This document shows, one piece after another, positions 41,347 through 49,087 of a DNA stretch of 50,205 nucleotides (positions are counted from its first letter, which is position 1; every line of letters starts with the position of its first letter). The DNA lies in assembly GCA_964533715.1 (NCBI GenBank), contig CAZHNI010000003.1, forward strand, positions 32,170 to 82,374. The letters are read 5' to 3'. The stretch is from an uncultured Gammaproteobacteria bacterium (GTDB taxonomy: Bacteria; Patescibacteriota; Patescibacteriia; Magasanikbacterales; GWA2-37-8). A program made the translations under genes and the position numbers. Below the pieces are notes generated by a model, which was given only the letters and a program-made list of their open reading frames with translations, was not told the DNA's origin and searched no databases.

Positions 41347-41734
41347 AATATTTTATATCATATTTATATAATAAAGTCAAAACAAAATAAATATAAATAT
41401 AAAAATGACATAAAAAAAATTGACAAAATATAACTAAGAAAAATATTTATTCCTCATTTTGCCTCACCCGTCATCACCTTTAATTAATCAAAGTGGGTAT
41501 AATGGGCATAAGTAGTTATAAAAGCACATTTGAAAAGTCGTTCATGAGCTTGGCCAAAGTTCTTTCACAGTGGTTCGCTCTGCAGCGGGTTTTTGGTGGG
41601 GTATTCCCCGAGCAAACAAAGCCATCGAGCAGGCCTAGAAATACAGGTGGCCGCTCTGTTGCGGGAGAGTGCCGGCATGGCAATAGAGCAACATTTTATA
41701 ATTAAAAAAGATGAAAAATATATAGATTATAAAA

Positions 41735-41764
41735 TTGTCAGAGCAGTGTTTTGTATGCTATAAT
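41735..41764 (+). promoter_or_regulatory. Sigma70-type promoter of the surface operon
   Basis: TTGTCA, 18-nt spacer, TATAAT. The ATG at 41794 lies 30 nt downstream. Confidence 0.55.
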
Positions 41765-41793
41765 TTACGTCATAACAGATCTAAATTTTTGCT

Positions 41794-44127
41794 ATGTCCA
41801 ATTATCCTCGCCTTGTTGCCGCCCTTGACACACTGTCATACGTTTTATGTTTGGTCACCATTGTGGCGATGCCTCTTTTTGTAGATTCGCACCTCAGCAA
41901 CTGGTATGTGATTCCGAAACAATTTTTACTGGTTGGTCTGGTGCTTATTCAAGGAATAGTTTTTGTAATTAGAACTATAGTTTCAAAACGCGTCCTTTTT
42001 GTTCGTTCAATAGTTGATGTGCCAGTTTTTCTTATTATACTGTGTGCATTTATGTCGTCTATTTTATCGGCCGCAGTTTACGATAGCTGGCTGGGCAGAA
42101 ACGATTCATTTGTCATGAATTTTTTATATCTGGCAAGTTTGGCGTTATTTTTCTTTCTCACCTTAAACAATATCTCTACCGTGCGTCGTTGGCTCGGCGC
42201 AATCAATGCGCTTCTTATAGTAGGCGCCGGTACGGCAATCATTTTCATTTTAAAAATTGTTTTTCATTTGGATATACTCGCAAAAATAATTGGACCGGTT
42301 TGGAATACGGTTGATGTTACCAATAGCAATTTTGGTGTTTGGCTGATTGTTATTTTTATTTTATCCGCTGGGCAGTTGCTTAAAAAAAATACGTCCGTAA
42401 CTTGGCAAATGGTATATTTATTTTTTAGCATCTTATCGCTGGTGGCGGTTCTTCTCATGGGGTTTCCCATTTTATGGTGGACCATGATTGCTGGGCTCCT
42501 CATGCTCCTTTGTTTTGGTATAAGCTTTACGCATGAATCACGAGTCGTATGGCTGTCGGTATTATTTGCCGGACTTTTATTGTCGTTGGTATTTGTTATT
42601 TTCGGCATGCCAAAAGCATTGCAATCAAATGTGCCAGCCGAGGTCTCTTTGAATATTTCATCTTCATGGGAAATAGCGAAAGACACTGTTTTTTCGGGTG
42701 TTAAAAATTTTTTAGTAGGAAGTGGTCCAGGAACATTCGGAATTGATTTCTCTGCCCATCGCAATATTGATTTTAATAATGACCAGTTGGCTTGGGGGCT
42801 TCGTTTTAACCGGCCAATGAATACTGTTCTTGCTTGGCTGCCGGAAGTTGGCACGGTTGCTTTTGTTACCCTCATTTTTATTTGCGCGGTGGTGGCAGGG
42901 CACGCCCTCTTGAGCTGGCTCCGTTTTCGTTCTAATAGTCGCAACGCCAATGAAGAGGAGATGCCGCCCCACTCGCTTCCGCGAAATGAAGTATTTGTAG
43001 TGGCTATTGCTTGGGCGACGCTCACTGTAGGTGGGATGTTTAATTTTTTTGGTCCGGTGTTATGGTGGCTATGGTGGTTTCTGCTCGCTTCAACCGTAAT
43101 CGGGCTTGCTATTATTGATGGCGGTATTTTGCGCGTGAGAGAATATAACATGGAGGATGTGCCGCAATACAGCTTGTCATTTTCATTTATATCAATTGTC
43201 GCTGCCGTTGCACTATTGCTTGTGGGGATATGGGTGGCAAGATTATATCGAGCCGAGGTTGCCTATGCGGCCGCACTTCGAAGCAGTGATCACTCTAATG
43301 CGGAATCGTACCTTAATGAAGCGCTATACTATCGAAGCAATTTTGACGCGTATCATGTTGCCTTGGCGCAAGTATATTTACTTAAAGCCGTGGATGCGAG
43401 TCGGGCCAAGCAGCCTGATGTTTTGCAAGTGAGCGCCTTTTTAAGTAAAGCAGTGAACGAAGCTCGTGTCGCCACCACTCTATCGCCGCGTTCCGTTGGT
43501 ATTTGGGAAAATTTAGCTACCATGTATGAGAACGCCTCGACACTGGTAGTTGGCGCGCGCGAGTGGGTATTTAAATCACTTAACGAAGCCAACAAATTAG
43601 AACCAACTAACCCGGTTCTTTTGTGGCGTTTAGGAAATAATTATGCAGTTGATGGCAAGTGGGAGGATGCCATGAAGTTGTATGCTCAAGCCATTGATCT
43701 TAAAAAAGATTATGGTGCTGCCTATGTAGGGCTCGCTACCGCTGAGGAGCAACTCGGAAAAATTGATGAGGCCATAAATACCTATCAAACAATTTTGCCA
43801 GCGGCCGGCGGCAATAGTGATGTTTTGTTTAATTATGGACGCTTGTTATATAACCGAAACCATAAGGGCGACCGGGCAAACGCGCGAGATTTGTGGCTAG
43901 CGATAATTACAAAACAACCGGACAGTTCTAACGTATTATTTAGTCTCGGGTTATATTATGAATCGGTCAACGACAAAGTAACTGCTCTGCAGTATTATTC
44001 TAAAGTTCGTGATTTAAACCCGGACAACAAAGACATCGCGCAAAAAATTTATTCTCTGGTTGGTGCCGGCCAACCAATTTCAACACCAACCTCATCTAAA
44101 GAATTTCCTCGATCCAAACAACGTTAA
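41794..44127 (+). CDS. O-antigen ligase/polymerase-like polytopic membrane protein fused to C-terminal TPR repeats
   Basis: More than 10 TM helices with a 'FLVGSGPGTFGIDF' block. C-terminal ~300 aa of TPR-like repeats ('AYVGLATAEEQLGKIDEAINTYQ', 'FSLGLYYESVNDKVTALQYYSKV'). Confidence 0.75.
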   Translation: MSNYPRLVAALDTLSYVLCLVTIVAMPLFVDSHLSNWYVIPKQFLLVGLVLIQGIVFVIRTIVSKRVLFVRSIVDVPVFLIILCAFMSSILSAAVYDSWLGRNDSFVMNFLYLASLALFFFLTLNNISTVRRWLGAINALLIVGAGTAIIFILKIVFHLDILAKIIGPVWNTVDVTNSNFGVWLIVIFILSAGQLLKKNTSVTWQMVYLFFSILSLVAVLLMGFPILWWTMIAGLLMLLCFGISFTHESRVVWLSVLFAGLLLSLVFVIFGMPKALQSNVPAEVSLNISSSWEIAKDTVFSGVKNFLVGSGPGTFGIDFSAHRNIDFNNDQLAWGLRFNRPMNTVLAWLPEVGTVAFVTLIFICAVVAGHALLSWLRFRSNSRNANEEEMPPHSLPRNEVFVVAIAWATLTVGGMFNFFGPVLWWLWWFLLASTVIGLAIIDGGILRVREYNMEDVPQYSLSFSFISIVAAVALLLVGIWVARLYRAEVAYAAALRSSDHSNAESYLNEALYYRSNFDAYHVALAQVYLLKAVDASRAKQPDVLQVSAFLSKAVNEARVATTLSPRSVGIWENLATMYENASTLVVGAREWVFKSLNEANKLEPTNPVLLWRLGNNYAVDGKWEDAMKLYAQAIDLKKDYGAAYVGLATAEEQLGKIDEAINTYQTILPAAGGNSDVLFNYGRLLYNRNHKGDRANARDLWLAIITKQPDSSNVLFSLGLYYESVNDKVTALQYYSKVRDLNPDNKDIAQKIYSLVGAGQPISTPTSSKEFPRSKQR

Positions 44128-44130
44128 TCT

Positions 44131-44769
44131 ATGTGGCAAAAAATTAGATTACCAGTAATTTTGGGCGGCCTCTTATTGTTGATTAGTCGGCCTCTTTTGG
44201 CTAACGCGATTATGACATCAACTAATTATTATATTTATGCCGATACAGTTGATACCGGAGGGTCGGTAGCGACCAGCGCAACCTATAGCCTCCAAGATAC
44301 AATTGGAGAAACTACGAGCGATGTAGCCACCAGTTCAAGCTACACCATTCGTGGCGGTTATCAGGGTATGGAACTTGGTACCATCTCTTTACAGCTGAGT
44401 TCCGCGACAGTCAATCTGGGCACGCTAGTAAGTGGGCAGGTCTCCTCGGCGAGCTCAATTGCAACCGTTAGTACCGATTCACTTACGGGGTACACATTAT
44501 CGGTGAGTAGTGTGAGTGGAACAAGTATTACAAGCGTGAGTGATGGATCGGTAAGTGCCAATTCTGAAGAATACGGTTTGGCGGTATCTGGGGATGATCG
44601 TTTCTTTTCTGATGATCGGGGTATCTCGCCCGGCCTGGTCTTGGCCGCGTCCAGCACGGCCGTTTCGGCTAGCGCTACTACACTTACCTTTAAAGCCTCA
44701 ATGAGTAGCGGTTCGTCCGCCGGGTCATATAGTCAGACTGTTGTTTTGGGGGCCTCAGCAAATTTATAA
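44131..44769 (+). CDS. Secreted Ser/Thr-rich all-beta protein (candidate surface subunit)
   Basis: Signal peptide ending ANA. Repeated 'S.(N/T)Y.(I/L)....GG' motifs ('TSTNYYIYADTVDTGGSVATSATYSLQDTIGE...SSSYTIRGGYQ'). 'TDSLTGYTLSVSS'. C-terminus 'AGSYSQTVVLGASANL'. Lies 3 nt after the upstream gene. Confidence 0.6.
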   Translation: MWQKIRLPVILGGLLLLISRPLLANAIMTSTNYYIYADTVDTGGSVATSATYSLQDTIGETTSDVATSSSYTIRGGYQGMELGTISLQLSSATVNLGTLVSGQVSSASSIATVSTDSLTGYTLSVSSVSGTSITSVSDGSVSANSEEYGLAVSGDDRFFSDDRGISPGLVLAASSTAVSASATTLTFKASMSSGSSAGSYSQTVVLGASANL

Positions 44770-44794
44770 TTGTTATTTTTAGGTTATAGGTTAT

Positions 44795-45691
44795 ATGGTA
44801 GCACGTCGGGTATTTTTTGGTCTCATGTGTCTCAGTCTCTACCTTATCACGGCCTCGCCAGTCTCGGCTTTTTCCATTAGTCCATTGCGCTATACCGTGG
44901 ATATTGATGCAGGTAAGACGCGCGGCCTCCCAATAAAAATTGTTAATTCAGAATTAGAAAAAAAAACGTATCATCTTAAAGTGGTTGGAGTGAGGCAAGA
45001 TGAATTTGGCCATCCGATTTTTGGTACAGAATTTGACCCAGCCGAAAAATGGGTAGTGCCAGAAAAATCATTTATACAATTAGAAAAAAACGAATCAGCC
45101 ACTGTTTTTTTTAATCTTGTTGTTCCCGCAGGGGCTAATCCGGGGGCGCATTATCTTGGTTTGGCAGCGGAATCAGATGCAGAAAAAGGAACTGGCAACA
45201 CGCTGACTGGGCGTTTAGTTACACTTCTTATTGTGCGCGTGGCTGGCAAAGTACAGGAAGGGCTTGAAGTTAGAGGCTGGCAAGCGCCCGCGGTAACAAT
45301 AAGCGGAAGGTGGCCAATCGTCGTATCATTTTTTAATGCCGGTACCGTTGCGGTGCCACTATCGGGGGAAGTGGTTGTACAGAATTGGTATCAAAAAGAA
45401 TTATTAAAAAAACCACTCGTTCTAGGTAATAATTTAGTGCCAGGGGCATTTCGAAAAGTAGAGAGTGTGGTTGATGCCGGGGCCGTGTTACATTTTCCAG
45501 CATGGTATAAAATTACGGGAAAAATTAGTTATGGGCAGACAAAGCAAGTGGTTAAAACTACAGCAACGCTATGGTATTTTCCAGTTTGGTTTTGTGTTAG
45601 TTTATTTGTGGTAGGCTGTGGTCTGATATGGTTAGTGATATCGCGCATCCGAAAAAGAAAATCTCAAAAAATTTCCAAACAATTTGTATAA
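44795..45691 (+). CDS. Secreted beta-rich protein with a C-terminal TM anchor and basic tail (DUF916-like layout, possible chaperone/assembly factor)
   Basis: Signal peptide ending VSA, 'FSISPLRYTVDIDAGKTRGLPIKIVNSE', and C-terminal 'WYFPVWFCVSLFVVGCGLIWLVISRIRKRK'. Confidence 0.6.
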   Translation: MVARRVFFGLMCLSLYLITASPVSAFSISPLRYTVDIDAGKTRGLPIKIVNSELEKKTYHLKVVGVRQDEFGHPIFGTEFDPAEKWVVPEKSFIQLEKNESATVFFNLVVPAGANPGAHYLGLAAESDAEKGTGNTLTGRLVTLLIVRVAGKVQEGLEVRGWQAPAVTISGRWPIVVSFFNAGTVAVPLSGEVVVQNWYQKELLKKPLVLGNNLVPGAFRKVESVVDAGAVLHFPAWYKITGKISYGQTKQVVKTTATLWYFPVWFCVSLFVVGCGLIWLVISRIRKRKSQKISKQFV

Positions 45692-48600
45692 CAAAAGTAC
45701 TGTGCGCACATCTTCAAAAGTTTTTGTAATAATTTTGTTTAGCTTCGTGGTTTCCGGAGCCCGTTTTTTATTGGCGCAAGCCGTTAGCACTAGCACGCAA
45801 AGTCTTAATGTTACGGTAACGGTGCCGGACAATGGCGGCGGTGGAGGCGGAGGTGGCGGAGGTGGGGGCGGCGGACAGCCAAATAACCCGCCCAGCATTT
45901 CTAATGTTGTTTCGGTTTTAACATATACCACCGCGAAAATTACTTGGAGTGCCAGCGATAGTGATGGTCAAGTTGCCGGGAGCGCTTTTGAATATGGGCT
46001 TACTAATGGATATGGAACGTCTGCCCAAGTCAGCGGTAACTACCAGGTACAGCTATCATCACTTGCCACTAACACGGTGTATTATTATAAAATTTCTGTT
46101 TCTGATAATAGTGGTAACACAACTAATTATACAAGTTCGTTCCAAACACCGCAGTACGTTCCTCCACCGGATGTAACTCCACCAGTCATTTCTAACATTG
46201 TTGTCGACCCAGGCGCAACCACATCAAGTATCAGTTGGCAAACTGATGAAAATTCGGATAGCCAAGTGCAATATGGCGCCACCAATGTTTACGGCAGCAC
46301 AGCATTTGATGCAGCCAAAATTTTGTTGCACAATTTTTTAATTTTAAACTTAGTTCCTAATACCACCTATCACTATCGCTTATTATCTTCAGATGTCTCT
46401 GGTAATACTGCAAATACAAACGATGACATATTTATTACCAGAAAAGATAATATTCCTCCGCCCGATGTGGGTAACCTGGTCATTACTACTGTCAATAATA
46501 ATAGTTTTAAACTCGACTGGACAAATCCAAATCTCAGCGCTGTTCCTGATTTTGTGGATGTAAAAATAGTTAGAAAAATAAATAGTCAACCACAAAATAG
46601 TGCTGACGGTACGGTTGTGTACACCGGTTCTGCAGAAACATTTTTAGACCAAAATGTAGCTCCAAATACGCTATATTTTTATACAATTTTTTCACACGAT
46701 ACGTCTGATAACTTTAGTGCCGGTACATTTGTGAGTGGAAAAATTTTACAAAATATTCCCGAAATTTGTGATAACGGTATTGACGATGACAACAACGGAA
46801 AAATAGATTGTACCGATCCGGCGTGCGTCAATGATTTAAAATGTATTCAACCAAAAAAAGAAATTTGTAACAACGGTATTGATGACAATGGAGATGGTAA
46901 GGTAGATTGTGCGGATCCGGAATGTGCCCTGGAGGCATACTGTAAAGCTCCGCAAGAAATATGTAATAATGGGATTGATGACAACAACAACGGAAAAATA
47001 GATTGTGCCGACGACGAGTGTATTGGAAACATTTTTTGTGGCGGCCCAAAAAAAATAATTGAAATTTGTGACAATAATATTGATGACAACAATAACGGTA
47101 AAACAGATTGCGCCGATTCTGACTGTATTGGTTTTCCTGCTTGCGCGAGTCAAAATCCTATAAAACCAGAGGAGCCAGGTGGGGTTGGTAGTATTCCGCA
47201 AGCAACCAGCAGCGTACCTAATTTTGCTAAGATAAGCATAAGCGAACTAACATTTTTAACTGGGAATCGCACCATTGTTCTCGAACCAAAAAACAATGTC
47301 ATAACGAGTTTGGCCGGCACAACACTTACCATTTTGTTGCCAGCCTCTCGCTTGGTTAATCATCCAAAATCAATCGTGCTCAATATTGATAGTCGCGAAG
47401 ATCATCAATTTACTCTCCCGGCACAATCTGTAAATTATAGTACCGATATCATGATGCCGCAGATTGGTGTGCACTCCGCGGGAATAATAATTGACTATGG
47501 GCTTGGTCAGCGCGATGTTATAAATTTTGGATTGCAGTCTGTTGCACTTGGAATGGTAAAAATTGATGGTGCCTCTGCTTTTGGGGTTACCGTTACGTTG
47601 CTTAACGCGCAAAATCAACCTGTTGATACCACCCCAAGCGGCAGCGCAAACCCACATATTACCGATGAAAATGGCACCTATGGCTGGGTGGTTCCAAATG
47701 GTCGCTACATTTTGGAGGCAAAAAAAAATGGATATTATGATCGTTTAACTCCAGCCTTTACCGTTGATAACAATGTAGTTAATGCAGAATTAAATTTGTT
47801 TGCTCAACCGGCAAAATTAAGCGACGTAGTCGACCCCGATGCCACTTTATCTGAAAATATACAAAATGTTGCAAAAAATTTAGCGCAAAAAACTTCTGTT
47901 GTCGCCTCGCTCACCGCAGAAAAAGTGGTTGATACAGCCAAGGTGGTACAGGAAGTTGCTGATAACCCAAAGGTAGAAAATGCCGCCAGTAATGTGGTGG
48001 CCCCAGCCACCGTTAGTATTGTGGTAGCCAGTACCGTTCCTTTTCTTACCTTTGCCGATGTTTTACCATTTTTACGCCTACTTTTCTTGCAGCCTCTTAT
48101 GCTTCTCGGTCTTCGCCGTCGTACGGGTTGGGGGCAGGTTTATAATTCTTTAAACAAATTACCAGTGGATTTAGCAACAGTTCGTTTAATTAGTAGTTTG
48201 AGCGGCAAGGTTATTCAATCAAAAGTTACAGATAAACAAGGCCGCTATGCTTTTGTGGTGGAGCCGGGGGAATATCGCGTTGAGGTTGCCAAAAGTAGTA
48301 TGGTTTTTCCATCCAAACTTTTAGCAAAATTTAAAGATGATGGCAAAAAAACTGATATTTACCACGGTGAGACAATACGTGTTACAGAAGAAGATGCTGT
48401 AATTACAGCCAATATTCCACTTGACCCAATAGGTGAACACAAAAAACCAGGACGTCTTTTGTTTGAGAGAGTTGGTCGTAAAGTGCAATGGGTTTTATCT
48501 TGGATTGGTTTTGGGGTTACTGCTATGTCGCTTCTCATCGCGCCGCGATGGTATGTATGGGTTCTGCTTGGGGTACATATTATCCTGACCCTTGTTTTTT

Positions 48601-48947
48601 GGCGTTTGGCGAGGCCGCCAAAAGTTAAAAGTTGGGGGTATGTGTATGACGCTGCCACCAAACAACCAATTTCTAGGGCCGTAGCCCGCTTGTTTAGCTC
48701 CCAATTTAATAAGTTGGTTGGTACACAAATTACCGATCGTCATGGGCGATATTACTTTCTGGCCGGAGATAATCAGTATTTTTTGACATATCAACACCAT
48801 GAATATTCTCCAAAAAAGAGCGAGATTGTTGATTTGAGTGGTAAAGATGCCGAAACGATTGCCGTGAATGTTGGTTTAGAGTCTCAAAAAGTTGGTCTTT
48901 CATCTAAAGATGAACAGCCTCCTATCCAAGAAGTGGGGAAAAAGTAA
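45684..48947 (+). CDS. 1087-aa surface protein: signal peptide, Gly14 linker, 3 FN3-like domains, 4 Cys-bracketed Ca-loop repeats, 3 CarboxypepD_reg-like modules interleaved with TM segments
   Basis: Signal 'FVIILFSFVVSGARFLLAQA'. G14 at 45834-45875. FN3-like 'ITWSASD...YYYKISVSD', 'ISWQTDE...YHYRLLSSD', 'LDWTNP...YFYTIFSHD'. Repeats 'EICNNGIDDNNNGKIDCAD.EC'. 'DENGTYGWVVPNGRYILEA', 'DKQGRYAFVVEPGEYRVEV', 'DRHGRYYFLAGDNQYFL'. The start is ambiguous (TTG 45684 or GTG 45702) and overlaps the upstream gene. Confidence 0.75.
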   Translation: MYNKSTVRTSSKVFVIILFSFVVSGARFLLAQAVSTSTQSLNVTVTVPDNGGGGGGGGGGGGGGQPNNPPSISNVVSVLTYTTAKITWSASDSDGQVAGSAFEYGLTNGYGTSAQVSGNYQVQLSSLATNTVYYYKISVSDNSGNTTNYTSSFQTPQYVPPPDVTPPVISNIVVDPGATTSSISWQTDENSDSQVQYGATNVYGSTAFDAAKILLHNFLILNLVPNTTYHYRLLSSDVSGNTANTNDDIFITRKDNIPPPDVGNLVITTVNNNSFKLDWTNPNLSAVPDFVDVKIVRKINSQPQNSADGTVVYTGSAETFLDQNVAPNTLYFYTIFSHDTSDNFSAGTFVSGKILQNIPEICDNGIDDDNNGKIDCTDPACVNDLKCIQPKKEICNNGIDDNGDGKVDCADPECALEAYCKAPQEICNNGIDDNNNGKIDCADDECIGNIFCGGPKKIIEICDNNIDDNNNGKTDCADSDCIGFPACASQNPIKPEEPGGVGSIPQATSSVPNFAKISISELTFLTGNRTIVLEPKNNVITSLAGTTLTILLPASRLVNHPKSIVLNIDSREDHQFTLPAQSVNYSTDIMMPQIGVHSAGIIIDYGLGQRDVINFGLQSVALGMVKIDGASAFGVTVTLLNAQNQPVDTTPSGSANPHITDENGTYGWVVPNGRYILEAKKNGYYDRLTPAFTVDNNVVNAELNLFAQPAKLSDVVDPDATLSENIQNVAKNLAQKTSVVASLTAEKVVDTAKVVQEVADNPKVENAASNVVAPATVSIVVASTVPFLTFADVLPFLRLLFLQPLMLLGLRRRTGWGQVYNSLNKLPVDLATVRLISSLSGKVIQSKVTDKQGRYAFVVEPGEYRVEVAKSSMVFPSKLLAKFKDDGKKTDIYHGETIRVTEEDAVITANIPLDPIGEHKKPGRLLFERVGRKVQWVLSWIGFGVTAMSLLIAPRWYVWVLLGVHIILTLVFWRLARPPKVKSWGYVYDAATKQPISRAVARLFSSQFNKLVGTQITDRHGRYYFLAGDNQYFLTYQHHEYSPKKSEIVDLSGKDAETIAVNVGLESQKVGLSSKDEQPPIQEVGKK
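46761..47150 (+). repeat. Four tandem ~100-nt coding repeats (Cys-rich D/N-rich modules)
   Basis: The units start at 46761, 46858, 46957 and 47060 with 'gaaat(t/a)tgt(g/a)a(t/c)aa...attga(c/t)ga(t/c)'. Confidence 0.8.
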
Positions 48948-48954
48948 ATTTTAT

Positions 48955-48987
48955 AAAAAATCGCGTCGTAAAATGGCACGATTTTTT
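48955..48987 (+). terminator. Weak A/T-rich hairpin terminator after the 1087-aa gene
   Basis: aaaaaatcgcg / cacgatttttt (1 mismatch), ending in T6. Confidence 0.4.
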
Positions 48988-49087
48988 AGTTACAAATAAG
49001 TAACAATTTTTCGCGAAGTTATCAACATGTTAACATGTTTTATAATCATAGAAAAAGGTGTATAATAGCTATCAAATACACCGTGAT

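Noticed and set aside
41560-41690. SRP (4.5S) RNA
   Set aside because: The minus strand contains 'tctcccgcaac', reminiscent of the E. coli 4.5S 5' region. The diagnostic domain IV motifs (GGAA tetraloop flanked by AGCA/CAGG loops) are absent in the right arrangement.
42264-43151. 295-aa minus-strand ORF (also 42712-42972) inside the Wzy-like/TPR gene
   Set aside because: It lies entirely antisense to a polytopic membrane protein with recognisable motifs. Its composition (S/T/R/P-rich, no domains) is typical of a shadow ORF.
45632-45931. 99-aa minus-strand ORF with a run of 14 prolines
   Set aside because: It is the antisense reading of the Gly14 linker (GGN codons) of the 1087-aa surface protein. 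It overlaps two well-supported plus-strand genes and has no signals of its own.
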